Origin: Ignavibacteria bacterium
Lineage (GTDB): Bacteria; Bacteroidota; Ignavibacteria; Kapaibacteriales; Kapaibacteriaceae
Length of the DNA stretch: 64,000 bases
Reading direction: 5' to 3'
Assembly (NCBI GenBank): GCA_040380835.1
Contig: JBEIIK010000001.1
Location: 4,810-68,809, forward strand
The translations under genes and the position numbers were made by a program. This document shows, in pieces, positions 19,150 through 29,099 of this stretch. The notes beneath the pieces are model-generated. The model had not been told where the DNA came from, made no database searches, and worked only from the letters and a program-made list of their open reading frames with translations. How positions within the stretch are numbered: the stretch's first letter is position 1; each line of letters starts with the position of its first letter.

Positions 19150-20903
19150 GAGAGTTGCTGCTCGAGTTGTTGGCGTTCGTACATGTCAAAATACTGACCC
19201 TTGCGCTGAAGCAGTTCGGCGTGTGAGCCATGCTCGACGATCTGCCCGTGGTCAAGGACAATAATGTTTGTGCACTGCTGCACGGTGGAGATTCGATGGG
19301 AGATGATGATCGTAGTGCGGCCACGCATGACTGTCTGCAGCCCGGCGAGAATGCGATCTTCAGTGGACGCATCAACCGCCGACAGGGCGTCGTCGAGGAT
19401 AAGAATACGCGGGTCGCTAAGAATAGCCCGAGCCAGCGTTGTCCGCTGCTTCTGGCCCCCTGAAAGTGTCACGCCCCGCTCGCCGACAATCGTGTCGAAT
19501 CCGGACGGAAGCGTGGAGATGTCCGTCGGTAGCTGCGCGATCTCGGCGGCTCTGGCTACATCTTCGTCGCTGGCGTCCGGCCTTCCGAACCGAATGTTTT
19601 CGCGGATCGTTTCGGAAAACAGAAACGACTCCTGCGGCACGACGGCGATGCCGGCACGCAGGTCGGTGAGCGACATTTCTCGAACATCAATGCCGTCAAT
19701 CGTCACCCGTCCAGAGCTAACGTCGTAGAGTCTGGGAAGCAATCCGATGATCGATGATTTGCCGCTGCCGACGGAACCGACAATGCCGAGGCTTTCACCG
19801 GGTTCGATCTGAAGGGACAGGTCATGCAGGACCTCGTTGTGACCGTCGTACGAGAGTGAGACATCGTGAAACACAATTCGTCCGCTGATCTCGTGTCCGA
19901 CCGTTGGGCCGGATACGACCGTTGACGGGGCATCGATGATAGCTCCGAGTCGACCGATCGAGGCTGCACCTCGTTGTATCATACTTGTTACCCAGCCGAT
20001 GGCGGCAATGGGCCAGAGAAGCTGGTTAAGGTAGATGAAGAACTGCGTCAGCTCACCCACAGTCAATGAGTCAGTAGCGACCAGCCAGCCGCCAAAGCCG
20101 ATCACGATTACATAACTCAGATTAAAAAGCACCGTCATGCCAGGCATCATCAGCGCCTGTACGCGTGCCAGACGCATGTTCTTACGATAATAATCGCGGC
20201 TGAGATCATCGAAGCGATGCGCCTCATCTTCGCCCCGGGCGTAGGCCCGGATCACTCGAATGCCGGAGGCAGATTCCTGGGCATGCGTGGTGATATGTTC
20301 GTAGTGCTCTTGAACAGTGCGATAGCTGGCGTGGATCTTTCTGCCAAGGCGGTACGTCAGTGTAGCCACAAGTGGAACGGGGATCAGGATGGCAAGCGAG
20401 AGCCACCCATTGAGATTGACCATCCATGTGAGGGCAAAAGCAAAGGTCGTGATCGTATTTGCAGTATACATGATGGCCGGTCCGATGAACTCCCGAACCG
20501 AGCCGATATCGTTGGAGAAGTGCGCTAGAAGTGAGCCGGTGGAGCGGTCATGAAAGAACCGTGCAGGCTGTTTTTTGAGTGCCACAGTGAAGTCGTTTCG
20601 CAGGTCTTCTTCGACTAGGCGCGACATAACAATGATCGTGCGTCGGGTGCAGAACATAAAGAAGCCGCTACCGATCGTCAACAGCAGTATCTGCGTTATC
20701 AGCCAGGGGAGGCTCTGCTGAGCAGTACTGCTGGCCTTGAGTGCATCGATGGTGGTTCCCACCACATGCGGTACGGTTGTCGAACATATGTTCGACAGCG
20801 TAATGAAAGCAAGGCCGAGCGCGGTGCGGCCTCGATAGCGTCGCAGGTAAGGAAGTAGGCGCTTGAGCTCGCTCAGAGCGCTGGTCGGTCGGGAGTCGGA
20901 CAT
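19146..20903 (-). CDS. ABC exporter, fused permease/ATPase (MsbA/ABCB-like)
   Basis: A six-TM N-terminal domain, Walker A 'GSVGSGKSS', signature 'LSGGQKQR' and Walker B 'ILILDDALSAVD'. Start taken at ATG 20903; the alternative is 20927. Confidence 0.9.
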   Translation of the reverse strand: MSDSRPTSALSELKRLLPYLRRYRGRTALGLAFITLSNICSTTVPHVVGTTIDALKASSTAQQSLPWLITQILLLTIGSGFFMFCTRRTIIVMSRLVEEDLRNDFTVALKKQPARFFHDRSTGSLLAHFSNDIGSVREFIGPAIMYTANTITTFAFALTWMVNLNGWLSLAILIPVPLVATLTYRLGRKIHASYRTVQEHYEHITTHAQESASGIRVIRAYARGEDEAHRFDDLSRDYYRKNMRLARVQALMMPGMTVLFNLSYVIVIGFGGWLVATDSLTVGELTQFFIYLNQLLWPIAAIGWVTSMIQRGAASIGRLGAIIDAPSTVVSGPTVGHEISGRIVFHDVSLSYDGHNEVLHDLSLQIEPGESLGIVGSVGSGKSSIIGLLPRLYDVSSGRVTIDGIDVREMSLTDLRAGIAVVPQESFLFSETIRENIRFGRPDASDEDVARAAEIAQLPTDISTLPSGFDTIVGERGVTLSGGQKQRTTLARAILSDPRILILDDALSAVDASTEDRILAGLQTVMRGRTTIIISHRISTVQQCTNIIVLDHGQIVEHGSHAELLQRKGQYFDMYERQQLEQQLS

Positions 20904-21967
20904 CAGGCGATCGTCACGTCCTGGCACAGATATACATCCTGGATGGCATGAAGCAGTTCAACACCTTCATTCATCGGACGCTGGAAGGCCTTTCGACCGG
21001 AGATCAATCCCATGCCACCGGCGCGCTTGTTAATGACGGCTGTCGCGATGGCCTCAGCCAAGTCGTTATCTCCGGAGGCGCCGCCGGAATTGATCAGTCC
21101 GATGCGTCCCATATAGCAATTGGCTACCTGGTAGCGACACAGGTCGATAGGATGATCTGTTGCAAGCTCCGTGTACATGCGCTTGTCAAGCTTCCCGTAG
21201 CTCGAACCGCCCATGTTCAAAGCCTGAAACCCGCCGTTGTTTTCCGGTAGCTTCTGTTTGATGATGTCGGCACCGATCGTAACGCCGAGATGGTTGGCCT
21301 GACCCGTAAGATCAGCTGCCACGTGATAGTCTTTGTCGGACTTGAAAGACGGATTGCGCAGATAGCACCACAGGATCGTAGCCATGCCGAGCTCATGGGC
21401 CAGTGCAAAGGCCTGCGAGATCTCAACGATCTGACGTCCGCTCTCTGGCGAGCCAAAGTAGATCGTGGCTCCGATGGCTGCTGCTCCCATGTCATGGGCC
21501 TGGCGTACGGTGCCAAAGAGGATCTGATCGAACTTATTCGGATAGGTCAGGAGCTCGTTGTGATTGATTTTGACCACGAATGGAATGTGATGCGCGTACG
21601 TGCGGGCCACATTGCCAAGTACGCCGAACGTCGATGCCACGGCATTGCAGCCCCCTTCAATAGCCAGCTCCACGATACGCATCGGGTCGAAATAGATCGG
21701 GTTTCTGGCAAACGAAGCACCCGCACTGTGCTCAATACCCTGATCGACGGGCAGTATTGATACGTACCCCGTGTCGGCTAGACGCCCCGTGGAATGGAGC
21801 CGCTGCAGGTTTGCCAGCACCCGATTGTTTCGGTCCGAACCACCGAAGATGTCGCTTACCGATGATGGAGAAGGGGCCATGATCGAAAAGCGGTCGATGG
21901 TCGTACAGGTGTGCTCAAGCAGGTAGGGGGCTTGTGGGCCAAGTGCGCTGGAAATGCGGTCGATCAT
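20903..21967 (-). CDS. fbaB: class I fructose-bisphosphate aldolase (FbaB/DhnA type)
   Basis: Near-colinear with E. coli FbaB as recalled: '[29 protein letters not shown]', 'VKINHNE', '[21 protein letters not shown]' and '[19 protein letters not shown]'. Start at ATG 21967. Confidence 0.9.
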   Translation of the reverse strand: MIDRISSALGPQAPYLLEHTCTTIDRFSIMAPSPSSVSDIFGGSDRNNRVLANLQRLHSTGRLADTGYVSILPVDQGIEHSAGASFARNPIYFDPMRIVELAIEGGCNAVASTFGVLGNVARTYAHHIPFVVKINHNELLTYPNKFDQILFGTVRQAHDMGAAAIGATIYFGSPESGRQIVEISQAFALAHELGMATILWCYLRNPSFKSDKDYHVAADLTGQANHLGVTIGADIIKQKLPENNGGFQALNMGGSSYGKLDKRMYTELATDHPIDLCRYQVANCYMGRIGLINSGGASGDNDLAEAIATAVINKRAGGMGLISGRKAFQRPMNEGVELLHAIQDVYLCQDVTIA

Positions 21968-22010
21968 GGGAGACTCAACGGTAGAGAAGGGGCTGAATGG
22001 GTGCAAAGCT

Positions 22011-22052
22011 ACGAAAACGAAGCGGGCGGCTCCCCGAGGAGGAGCCGCCCGC
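22011..22052 (-). terminator. rho-independent terminator downstream of the 1582-aa gene
   Basis: Perfect 12-bp GC-rich stem (22022-22033 gcgggcggctcc and 22041-22052 ggagccgcccgc) with a 7-nt loop, followed on the minus strand by TTCGTTTTCGT. Confidence 0.7.
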
Positions 22053-22075
22053 ACTTTATACTCGACAATGGCCGC

Positions 22076-25000
22076 TTAGCGGATGACGTTGAATGACGTT
22101 GTTGCTGTGAATGGTCCACTAACCATACGGACGAAATACAGTCCGTTTGACAGGTTGCTGACGTCGGCCTCAAGAACGTACTCTCCGGACGGAACCACCG
22201 GGCTGTGGACTTCAAGCACTACTGTACCCATTGCATTGACAACCTGGAATGTTGTCGAGAGCGTAAGCCCCGTCGAATAGGGGAGAGTAAGAACGTCTCT
22301 AACCGGATTGCCTCGCGGATTTGCCAGACCAGGAAGGTTCTTGTTGAAATCAACGAGCCGTCCGTTGGAGAAACAGATCACTCCCATCTTCACGCTAGAC
22401 TGATCGCCCACCGGAACAAGACAGGTAAGGGGCGTGGTGACGATCAGTTTTATCGGTAGGGCCGAATCGGCATTCAGGTACAGACTAAACGAAGGCGTGA
22501 CGAACATTCCCTGAGCGAGAGCTCCCACGGGTGATGAGGCCGCGATATCGAGTCTGCCAGAGCTTCGTGTCGGCGTGATAATCCAGCCATTCTGGAACGA
22601 CACGATCTCCTTGAAGGCCATTGCTGCCGCATCATGCGTCAGCGTAAGGTTGAACTGCGTCGGCTGAGCTCCTGCGAAGTCGGCGGCTGAGTAGGAAACG
22701 TTTACCGGAACGTTGATCGTTACACCGATCTCGCCTTCGGGAATATTGCCGAAGCTGAAGTTGACGGGTGTATTGATCCCTTCACCACTGACACCGATGT
22801 TCAGTTTGAGGTTCTGGTCATTGGGGATTGAAAAAGTGGCGGCAACTCGGCCTACAGTCTGTGGCTGGAACGTGATGGTGATCGTCTTTGACTGACCCGG
22901 CTTGAGCGCAAATGCACCATTCTCATCGAGGGTGAAGGCGTTGACGTCGCCGGTGCCGATTGGCGCTTGACAGTTAAGATCAAATTGAGCACTCGTGTTG
23001 GTGATTTCAATCGTCTGCTTGCGTGTGGCACATGTCAGCGTCTTGGCGAAGTCGATCGGTGCCAGTGATGAAGGATCGCGCCCCAGGCCTTCAACGATCA
23101 CGATCGTATCGGCAAACGGTGGTATCGGCCCCGGACCTGTCTTGGCGTCGTGACTGATTCGTACACGAACAGTGTTGTTACCGACAACCTGCGGTGAGAA
23201 GGTCACGGGAATCTCGATCGCCGGATCGCCTGGCTGCAGCGTGATCGGGAATGTGGGATTGGCCGAGAACGACAGCGGAGATGTTGGATTTTCAAACGCG
23301 ATGCTGTTGATCACCAGTGCGCTTTCAGAGTCCGTATTTCGTATCACGACCTTGCCAGACTCCGGTGACGTCGTGTTCACCGTCCACGGTGCAAACTTGT
23401 AACCAGTGGCGGCTATCGCAGGGAGAAAACCAGAGCCCTTTGCCTGGCCCGTTAGCGGTGAACTCTCTTTACCCTTAATTACGACCACGACGTTTGCTGT
23501 ATGAGCTCCGCGTGTCTGCGGCGTATACACAACCGGGATCTTGACAACTTCGCCGGGGGCCAGTTTCTTCGGTGCAGGTGTCGTAAAACTAAAGTTGGCA
23601 TTCGCCGGATCCGATACTGTGATAGAAACGATCTCCGCTTCTTCGGTATTTAGATTGGCCACGCTGATAGTGCCATTGGCTGGTGTCAGCAGACGTATCC
23701 TTCCAAGATCGATACTGTCGATGGTCACTCTCGGTTCAACAATCACGACCTTGATGGTTGACTGTTTATCGCCGCAGAGCGCCTGAGGCAGTCCATAGTT
23801 GATTGTGATCTGCTTGGTGCCCGGTGTGGTTGCCTTGACGTCAATGTCAACGTCGAGGCATGCTCCGGAGGCAATCGTGAACGCGCCGGTATTGAGCACC
23901 GAAACATCCGGGTCCGGCGCAACAACCTGAAGGTTGCCACTGATCGGCAGTGGGCCGACGTTTTTTAGCATACATGTGACCTTCATCTGACGCGGCTGGC
24001 CCAGTGGGACCTTACCCTGGTCAGTACTTGCATCCGATTCAACAAGGCAGGGCGCCGAAGCCAATCCTTCGAGTGTCATCTGTATTGGTGAGCCACAGGA
24101 TCCGATCACTTCGACAAGAGCCGTTCTCGAACCCGTACCCTTCGGGTTGAAAATCACTTCGACCACAAGAGACTTACCTGCAGCTATAGGCTGCCCGATA
24201 AGGTTGCCAGCAATGGTGAAGTCTGCAGCGTTTGCGCCGGCGATCGCAATGCTCTTAACCGTCACATCGAAGTTGCCGATGTTTGTCAGTTGCGCCGTGC
24301 GCGAATCGGACAGCCCCTGGGGAGTCGATGAAAATGTCAGCTTGTTTGGACGGAACTCAAGTTGAGGGGACTTGACCGAGAAGACGTCTTTCGACTGGTC
24401 GCTTGAGGCAGGAGCTGCACCTTTCTTCGTGACGTAAACGTCATTAGACCCTGGGCCTGAATTATTTCCAAGCCTGATGTCTGGTGGAGTGAAGTCCTTC
24501 GGGCCCATGTAGGCGTTAGTCTCATACGTGAAGTTCAAGCGGTCCGTGGCCGTTTTACTCTGGTAGATCAGCCCCGTGCCTGTAGATGGTTTCACGCCGG
24601 CGAAGAAACGAGGGTATCCCTGTGAGTCATACAGCACGTGGAAATCACGATCCTGGTTGTTTGGAAAGGCCGAAGACCGCTCGATTGCGCCACTGCGGTT
24701 GAGTCCAAGCTCAACATACCTCTGGAACTTACCGGCAGCGATGACCTCGACATTGCCGGCGGCGTCGTAGCGCAGACCGACGTCTGTGAGCATGGCGTAG
24801 CTTCCCTGAGTGTTCGAGCCTCGCGAGCCTACTTGCCACTCCAGACGTCCTGTGGAGTCAAACTTGAAGAGGAAAAAGTTCCGTGTGTCAAGGGGCCCGC
24901 GTGATGGCAGGTAGGGGCCGAAGGTAACGGCCGGACTCGAGAAGTACCCACCCACATAGTAGTTGCCCTTGTTGTCGACAACGCATCCAACCAGCTTTTC

Positions 25001-26824
25001 TTCGTTTGAGGCCGTACCTAGAAGCAGTAGCACTTTTGACGGATCGACGATCTTGCCGTCTGAATCAAGCTCCACAAAGTACCCATCGATGTTTCCAGCG
25101 GCGCCGGTCTGCGTGGTATTGCCGAACCTGCTGTTGCCTTCAAAAAAACCAGTCGTGAGCACCTTCACGCCACTCGGAACGACGGCCACGGAAGTCGGTG
25201 TTTCGTTGCCGAACCCTCCAAGCTGCGTAGCCCAGGCATACTGACTCAACGGAGCTACACTGACACGGATTTTGTATGCCACGCCTGCTTTCGGGGCGAC
25301 CCATTTGTAAACAAGGCCAGTGGCGGCAGGCTCAATGGACTTCCACGTCGTGCCGCCGTCGTCAGAGTATTCGAGGTTGACGGGTTGCGTCGGCAGCACC
25401 CCCGCCCACTTGATCTGTATCGAATCGCAGGTCGAAAACAATTCTCCGCCGATCGGAGATTGCAACAGAACGACTCCCGTGCCACCTACTAGTGTAACCT
25501 TTGGTGGACACGGAAAACCGGCGAATGACAGTTCGGCCTGACGGAATGCCTGTGTTGCACCTTGCTTGAACTGCACCCGGATTACACGCTTGCCACCAGG
25601 AGGAAGATTAAACGGGGCAAAAGTGGTCTGGTTCATCGGGAAGTCCCAATCGACCACCGTAAAGAAGGTTGATGGAAGTAACGTGTTTGCCGTGGCTGCG
25701 AACGTTGCTCCGCGAGCTGTAAGAGTGACGTTGGCAAAAGACGTCTGATTGGGAGCAGGATCACCGCAGAATAGCACGGGGGCACTAATGTCTACACCGG
25801 CCACGCTGCTCGATGGAGTAAATATCTGGACATTGGCCGTCGGATTTGTCCCGCGCAACATAGTTATTCCCGCAACCCTGCGACGTCCCTGCTCGGTGCA
25901 GGTGAATGGAGATATCCAGGTGATCTGACAGACTTTCTTGACCTGGACTTCCAAAGCCAGGAACTGCATGATGTCGACCAGCTGCTCTTCCTTGGTTACG
26001 ATGGACTTACCACCGGTGGCCTTCGAGAGACTTTCAAGGGCCGGGTATGTTGTCGGCTCAAGAATGGTAATGCTATAGAAACGGATACCCTGGGCCATAA
26101 GCTTCTGCGTGTTGTCAGCGACAAATTTCGACTCGCTCTTGGTAGCTGAGGCAGCGTCAATTCCCGGGTTGGGATGGCCATCCGTCAGAAAGAAAACGTA
26201 CTTCGGCAGGTTCGCCGGACGTTTCTTGAAGAGGTCGTAAATGTTCTTGGTGGGGTCTTCAAAAGGCAGGACATAGTTCGTATTGGTGAGCACGCGCATC
26301 AGTCGCAGCGAGTCGATGATCGGCTGTGCCGAACTGGCCCATTCCACGGTGTTCTCGACCGTTCCGGAGAAAGTGACGAGCGAAACACGCGTCTCGCCAA
26401 CGAACTTGATCTGGTTCACGAATGACTTGATGGCATCTTTGGCGTAGTCGAAGCGCTTGCGTCCGTTAACATCATCGTCCATCGACCGTGAGCGGTCAAG
26501 AATGATGATAATGCTAGCCTCCGGATCGGTCTGCAACGTCTTGCAGTCATGAGTCACGCTGGCCGTAAGATCGACTGGCGAGCCCCCTTGCGCTGTTTCA
26601 GACACCCGGAAATTCGAGGCCTGCAGATCGGTGATCGGATTGCCGGTCGGATCGAACGCCACGTAGTCGACGGTGATCTTCGGAAACGCCATGGTGTTGA
26701 CACCGTAAACGTTGAGGGACTGGGCATTTGCAATCACGGAGGAAGCAATGACAGCAACCGCGGCAACGAGTGCCATTCGGATGTTCAGCATGTTCATACC
26801 TCGGAAGTTGTTCGTGTGGTTCAT
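22076..26824 (-). CDS. giant T9SS-secreted surface protein: vWA (intact MIDAS), BNR/sortilin-like module, SBBP beta-propeller repeats, many ASH/choice-of-anchor-D Ig-like repeats, cohesin-like module and type-A T9SS CTD
   Basis: Signal peptide 'MLNIRMALVAAVAVIASSVIANAQS'. MIDAS 'IIILDRSRSMDD...VSLVTFSG...FFLTDGHPN'. Also 'EYSDDGGTTWKSI' and SBBP-like 'GNYYVGGYF...LFKFDSTGRLEW'. ASH-type modules include 'TAQLTNIGNFDVTVKSIAIAGANAADFTI'. C-terminus 'NPVRDVLTLPY...VVNAMGTVVLE...NGLYFVRMVSG...FNVIR'. The start could instead be M10 or M12. Confidence 0.8.
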   Translation of the reverse strand: MNHTNNFRGMNMLNIRMALVAAVAVIASSVIANAQSLNVYGVNTMAFPKITVDYVAFDPTGNPITDLQASNFRVSETAQGGSPVDLTASVTHDCKTLQTDPEASIIIILDRSRSMDDDVNGRKRFDYAKDAIKSFVNQIKFVGETRVSLVTFSGTVENTVEWASSAQPIIDSLRLMRVLTNTNYVLPFEDPTKNIYDLFKKRPANLPKYVFFLTDGHPNPGIDAASATKSESKFVADNTQKLMAQGIRFYSITILEPTTYPALESLSKATGGKSIVTKEEQLVDIMQFLALEVQVKKVCQITWISPFTCTEQGRRRVAGITMLRGTNPTANVQIFTPSSSVAGVDISAPVLFCGDPAPNQTSFANVTLTARGATFAATANTLLPSTFFTVVDWDFPMNQTTFAPFNLPPGGKRVIRVQFKQGATQAFRQAELSFAGFPCPPKVTLVGGTGVVLLQSPIGGELFSTCDSIQIKWAGVLPTQPVNLEYSDDGGTTWKSIEPAATGLVYKWVAPKAGVAYKIRVSVAPLSQYAWATQLGGFGNETPTSVAVVPSGVKVLTTGFFEGNSRFGNTTQTGAAGNIDGYFVELDSDGKIVDPSKVLLLLGTASNEEKLVGCVVDNKGNYYVGGYFSSPAVTFGPYLPSRGPLDTRNFFLFKFDSTGRLEWQVGSRGSNTQGSYAMLTDVGLRYDAAGNVEVIAAGKFQRYVELGLNRSGAIERSSAFPNNQDRDFHVLYDSQGYPRFFAGVKPSTGTGLIYQSKTATDRLNFTYETNAYMGPKDFTPPDIRLGNNSGPGSNDVYVTKKGAAPASSDQSKDVFSVKSPQLEFRPNKLTFSSTPQGLSDSRTAQLTNIGNFDVTVKSIAIAGANAADFTIAGNLIGQPIAAGKSLVVEVIFNPKGTGSRTALVEVIGSCGSPIQMTLEGLASAPCLVESDASTDQGKVPLGQPRQMKVTCMLKNVGPLPISGNLQVVAPDPDVSVLNTGAFTIASGACLDVDIDVKATTPGTKQITINYGLPQALCGDKQSTIKVVIVEPRVTIDSIDLGRIRLLTPANGTISVANLNTEEAEIVSITVSDPANANFSFTTPAPKKLAPGEVVKIPVVYTPQTRGAHTANVVVVIKGKESSPLTGQAKGSGFLPAIAATGYKFAPWTVNTTSPESGKVVIRNTDSESALVINSIAFENPTSPLSFSANPTFPITLQPGDPAIEIPVTFSPQVVGNNTVRVRISHDAKTGPGPIPPFADTIVIVEGLGRDPSSLAPIDFAKTLTCATRKQTIEITNTSAQFDLNCQAPIGTGDVNAFTLDENGAFALKPGQSKTITITFQPQTVGRVAATFSIPNDQNLKLNIGVSGEGINTPVNFSFGNIPEGEIGVTINVPVNVSYSAADFAGAQPTQFNLTLTHDAAAMAFKEIVSFQNGWIITPTRSSGRLDIAASSPVGALAQGMFVTPSFSLYLNADSALPIKLIVTTPLTCLVPVGDQSSVKMGVICFSNGRLVDFNKNLPGLANPRGNPVRDVLTLPYSTGLTLSTTFQVVNAMGTVVLEVHSPVVPSGEYVLEADVSNLSNGLYFVRMVSGPFTATTSFNVIR

Positions 26825-26877
26825 GCGGGACGACTGAAGAGAAGCTGGGAAATGTCGGTGTTGGTTACAGTGTCGGT

Positions 26878-27909
26878 TCAGACGACAGCTGGTTCGAGTA
26901 CTCGGAATGTGCGCGCCGTTGCATTGAGCTCTGCGTTAACCCCAAGCGGTAAGGTGAGTTTACTTCGTACATGGCCAAACGGCAGCCCATAGACCACCGG
27001 AATTCCAAGAGACGCAAGGCGTTCTTCGAACACCTGGCTAAGGCTGAATGACGGACCGGAGATCGACGTTCCCCTGGCTTCGCAGTCTCTGAAATTGCCG
27101 AGTGCGATACCTCTGGCCGATTGAAGCTTGCCAGCCAGCCAAAGCTGCGTGAGCATGCGATCTACCCTGAACGGCTCTTCATTGATCTCTTCGAGAAACA
27201 GAATTGCATCCGTTGTGTCAATCTCAAACTTCGTGCCAAGAGTACTGGCTACGAGTGCAAGATTGCCCCCTGTCAGACGGCCCTGCGCCAGGCCATCGTG
27301 AATCACCGTTAGACGATTGTTACTGAAGGAGGTCAGATTTGACGATGTCTCAGATAGCACGACGTCCTGCAGTGATTGCACCGTGAAAGGGTCAAATGTC
27401 GAAGAGGCAACAGGACCATGAAACGTGACAATTCCGCTGAGCTGATGGGCGGCAATTAAAAGGGCCGTGATGTCGCTGAAGCCCATGATGATCTTTCCGG
27501 CCTGACGGATTGAGGTAAAATCCAGCATCGGCAGGATTCGCATTACCCCGTAGCCCCCACGGGCGCAGATCACGGCGTCAACCTCGGGGTCCTCAATGAA
27601 GCCCATAAGCTCGCTGGCCCGATCTTCGTCAGGCGCCGAAAGGTACCCACTGCGGCGGGAGATGTTCTTGCCGAGTTTGACCTTCACGCCCCATTCCCGA
27701 CACAGGGCGGCGAAGTCCGCAACGTCCTGAGCCGTGGCGCCGCTTGCCGGGCAGACGATCCCGACAGTTGATCCGGAGCGGATACCTCGTGGCAGCACCC
27801 TCGACATCGGAACACCACCGACCGTTCGCCCCAAGGACGGCAGAGCCGAACCGGCGGCAAGTGCCGCGGCCGTTGAGGCGACTGATGTGACGAAGGAACG
27901 TCGTTTCAT
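26878..27909 (-). CDS. LD-carboxypeptidase (peptidase S66) with a twin-arginine signal
   Basis: Start at ATG 27909. 'MKRRSFVTSVASTAAALAAGSA' is Tat-like. 'GSTVGIVCPASG', 'GYLSAPDEDRASEL' and 'DAVICARGGYG' are typical of S66. The upstream part of tracked ORF ..28161 is the antisense of a tRNA. Confidence 0.8.
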   Translation of the reverse strand: MKRRSFVTSVASTAAALAAGSALPSLGRTVGGVPMSRVLPRGIRSGSTVGIVCPASGATAQDVADFAALCREWGVKVKLGKNISRRSGYLSAPDEDRASELMGFIEDPEVDAVICARGGYGVMRILPMLDFTSIRQAGKIIMGFSDITALLIAAHQLSGIVTFHGPVASSTFDPFTVQSLQDVVLSETSSNLTSFSNNRLTVIHDGLAQGRLTGGNLALVASTLGTKFEIDTTDAILFLEEINEEPFRVDRMLTQLWLAGKLQSARGIALGNFRDCEARGTSISGPSFSLSQVFEERLASLGIPVVYGLPFGHVRSKLTLPLGVNAELNATARTFRVLEPAVV

Positions 27910-28064
27910 GCGAGGTTTCGAGGTACGGTAAACACCCACTCTTGCAACCGACAAATGTACGAATAGTTCATCTGCAAGGGAAGCGTTATTCAGCTCCACG
28001 TGTGCACGGCACGCACTAAACGAATTCCCGTCCGTGCGACGCCTTCTGCGTATATTGCGGGTCC

Positions 28065-28151
28065 GGAAAGGTGCAAGAGTGGTTGAATTGGCACGCCTGG
28101 AAAGCGTGTGTGCCGGCAACGGTACCGCGGGTTCGAATCCCGCCCTTTCCG
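28065..28151 (+). tRNA. tRNA-Ser (anticodon GGA)
   Basis: I folded this 87-nt cloverleaf by hand. The acceptor GGAAAGG pairs with CCTTTCC. The anticodon stem CACGC/GCGTG carries loop CTGGAAA. There is a long variable arm (about 18 nt). The T-arm is GCGGG-TTCGAAT-CCCGC, the discriminator is G, and CCA is not encoded. Confidence 0.9.
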
Positions 28152-28179
28152 CAGAACGCATGGACCGATCTACACAGGT

Positions 28180-28638
28180 ATGAGGATTTTTGGGCGGTCA
28201 TTTGATGCAGCCGGGGCCCGACTGGTCGGATGGACGTTTGTGGGCGTGGGTGCCTGTGCTGTCCTGGTACTGGTCGGTTCGCTTGTCTGGAGGCTTTTTC
28301 ACCCGCCCATTTCGCCCCTTACCGACGAGAATGATCCCCGAAGTGCCATTCAGCTTGAGGTCGTCAACGCCTCGGGCAGGAAGGGGGCAGGCAAGGCAAC
28401 TCTGGATTTCTTCCGCAAACGCGGCTTTGATGTTGTTGAGATCACGACGTCCGATGAGCGGCCACAGAGGTCCTCGGTAATCGACCGCGTCGGAGATCGT
28501 CAGTCAGCTCTGAAGGTCTCCAAAGTTCTCGGAGTTGCCGATTCGATGGTTGTTGCCGAGATCGACTCCATGAGATTCCTGAAAGCATCTGTGGTCCTCG
28601 GCTCGGATATCGACAAACTGGAACCATTCCGCGACTGA
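28180..28638 (+). CDS. LytR_C (LytR/CpsA/Psr C-terminal) domain membrane-anchored protein
   Basis: ATG at 28180. One TM segment ('[20 protein letters not shown]'), then '[32 protein letters not shown]...SSVIDR...ALKVSKVLG'. Confidence 0.65.
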   Translation: MRIFGRSFDAAGARLVGWTFVGVGACAVLVLVGSLVWRLFHPPISPLTDENDPRSAIQLEVVNASGRKGAGKATLDFFRKRGFDVVEITTSDERPQRSSVIDRVGDRQSALKVSKVLGVADSMVVAEIDSMRFLKASVVLGSDIDKLEPFRD

Positions 28639-28640
28639 AA

Positions 28641-28682
28641 CCCGACACCTGTAACCTGTAACCCGTAACCTGTAACCCGAAA
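28641..28682. repeat. tandem heptanucleotide repeat (CCYGTAA)n
   Basis: The sequence reads cccgaca cctgtaa cctgtaa cccgtaa cctgtaa cccgaaa. That is four near-perfect units flanked by two degenerate ones. It lies in the 53-nt gap between the LytR_C stop and the rsfS GTG start. Confidence 0.9.
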
Positions 28683-28691
28683 TCCAACCTC

Positions 28692-29099
28692 GTGAAACCC
28701 CGCAGCACCAAAGGCAGAGCCGTACTCTGCGCCAGACTGGCGCAGGAAAAGCAGGCGCATGATATCCTCGTCCTGGACCTGACAGCTCTCGACACGCCGC
28801 CCGCAGACTTCTTTGTCATCGTGACGGTAGACAGCGAAGCACAGATCAAAGCCGTCACGGACAGCATCGAGTATACCCTCAAGACCATGGGATTCGGCTA
28901 TCCAAACCATGAAGGCAAGGGAACATCAACGTGGGTTATCCTGGATTACTTCGACGTGGTGGTTCACGTCATGCTTGGCTCTGCCCGTGACTTCTACAAG
29001 CTGGAGCGCCTCTGGGGTGATGCCAAGGCTTATACGCTTACGCCGGCTGGTGCTACGAAGGCAACCACGATCGCATCAAGAAAGGCTGCCGTGGCATGA
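28692..29099 (+). CDS. rsfS: ribosome silencing factor RsfS (Iojap family)
   Basis: 'ILVLDL...ADFFVIVT..S..Q..A' and 'WVILDYFDVVVHVM....R.FY.LE.LWGDA'. GTG start. ATGA overlap with argS. Confidence 0.88.
   Translation: MKPRSTKGRAVLCARLAQEKQAHDILVLDLTALDTPPADFFVIVTVDSEAQIKAVTDSIEYTLKTMGFGYPNHEGKGTSTWVILDYFDVVVHVMLGSARDFYKLERLWGDAKAYTLTPAGATKATTIASRKAAVA

Noticed and set aside
27910-28179. N-terminal extensions of ORFs 26878..28161 (-) and 28108..28638 (+), with peptides such as '[13 protein letters not shown]'.
   Set aside because: They are translations across the tRNA-Ser gene; 'GFEP' is the T-arm GGTTCGAATCC read in frame. The real starts are ATG 27909 and ATG 28180.
28641-28682. The heptamer repeat as a CRISPR array or minisatellite-encoded peptide (the antisense ORFs read '[12 protein letters not shown]').
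   Set aside because: The units are 7 nt with no spacers, the whole array is 42 nt, and there are no cas genes. The ORFs across it are antisense artefacts overlapping real genes.
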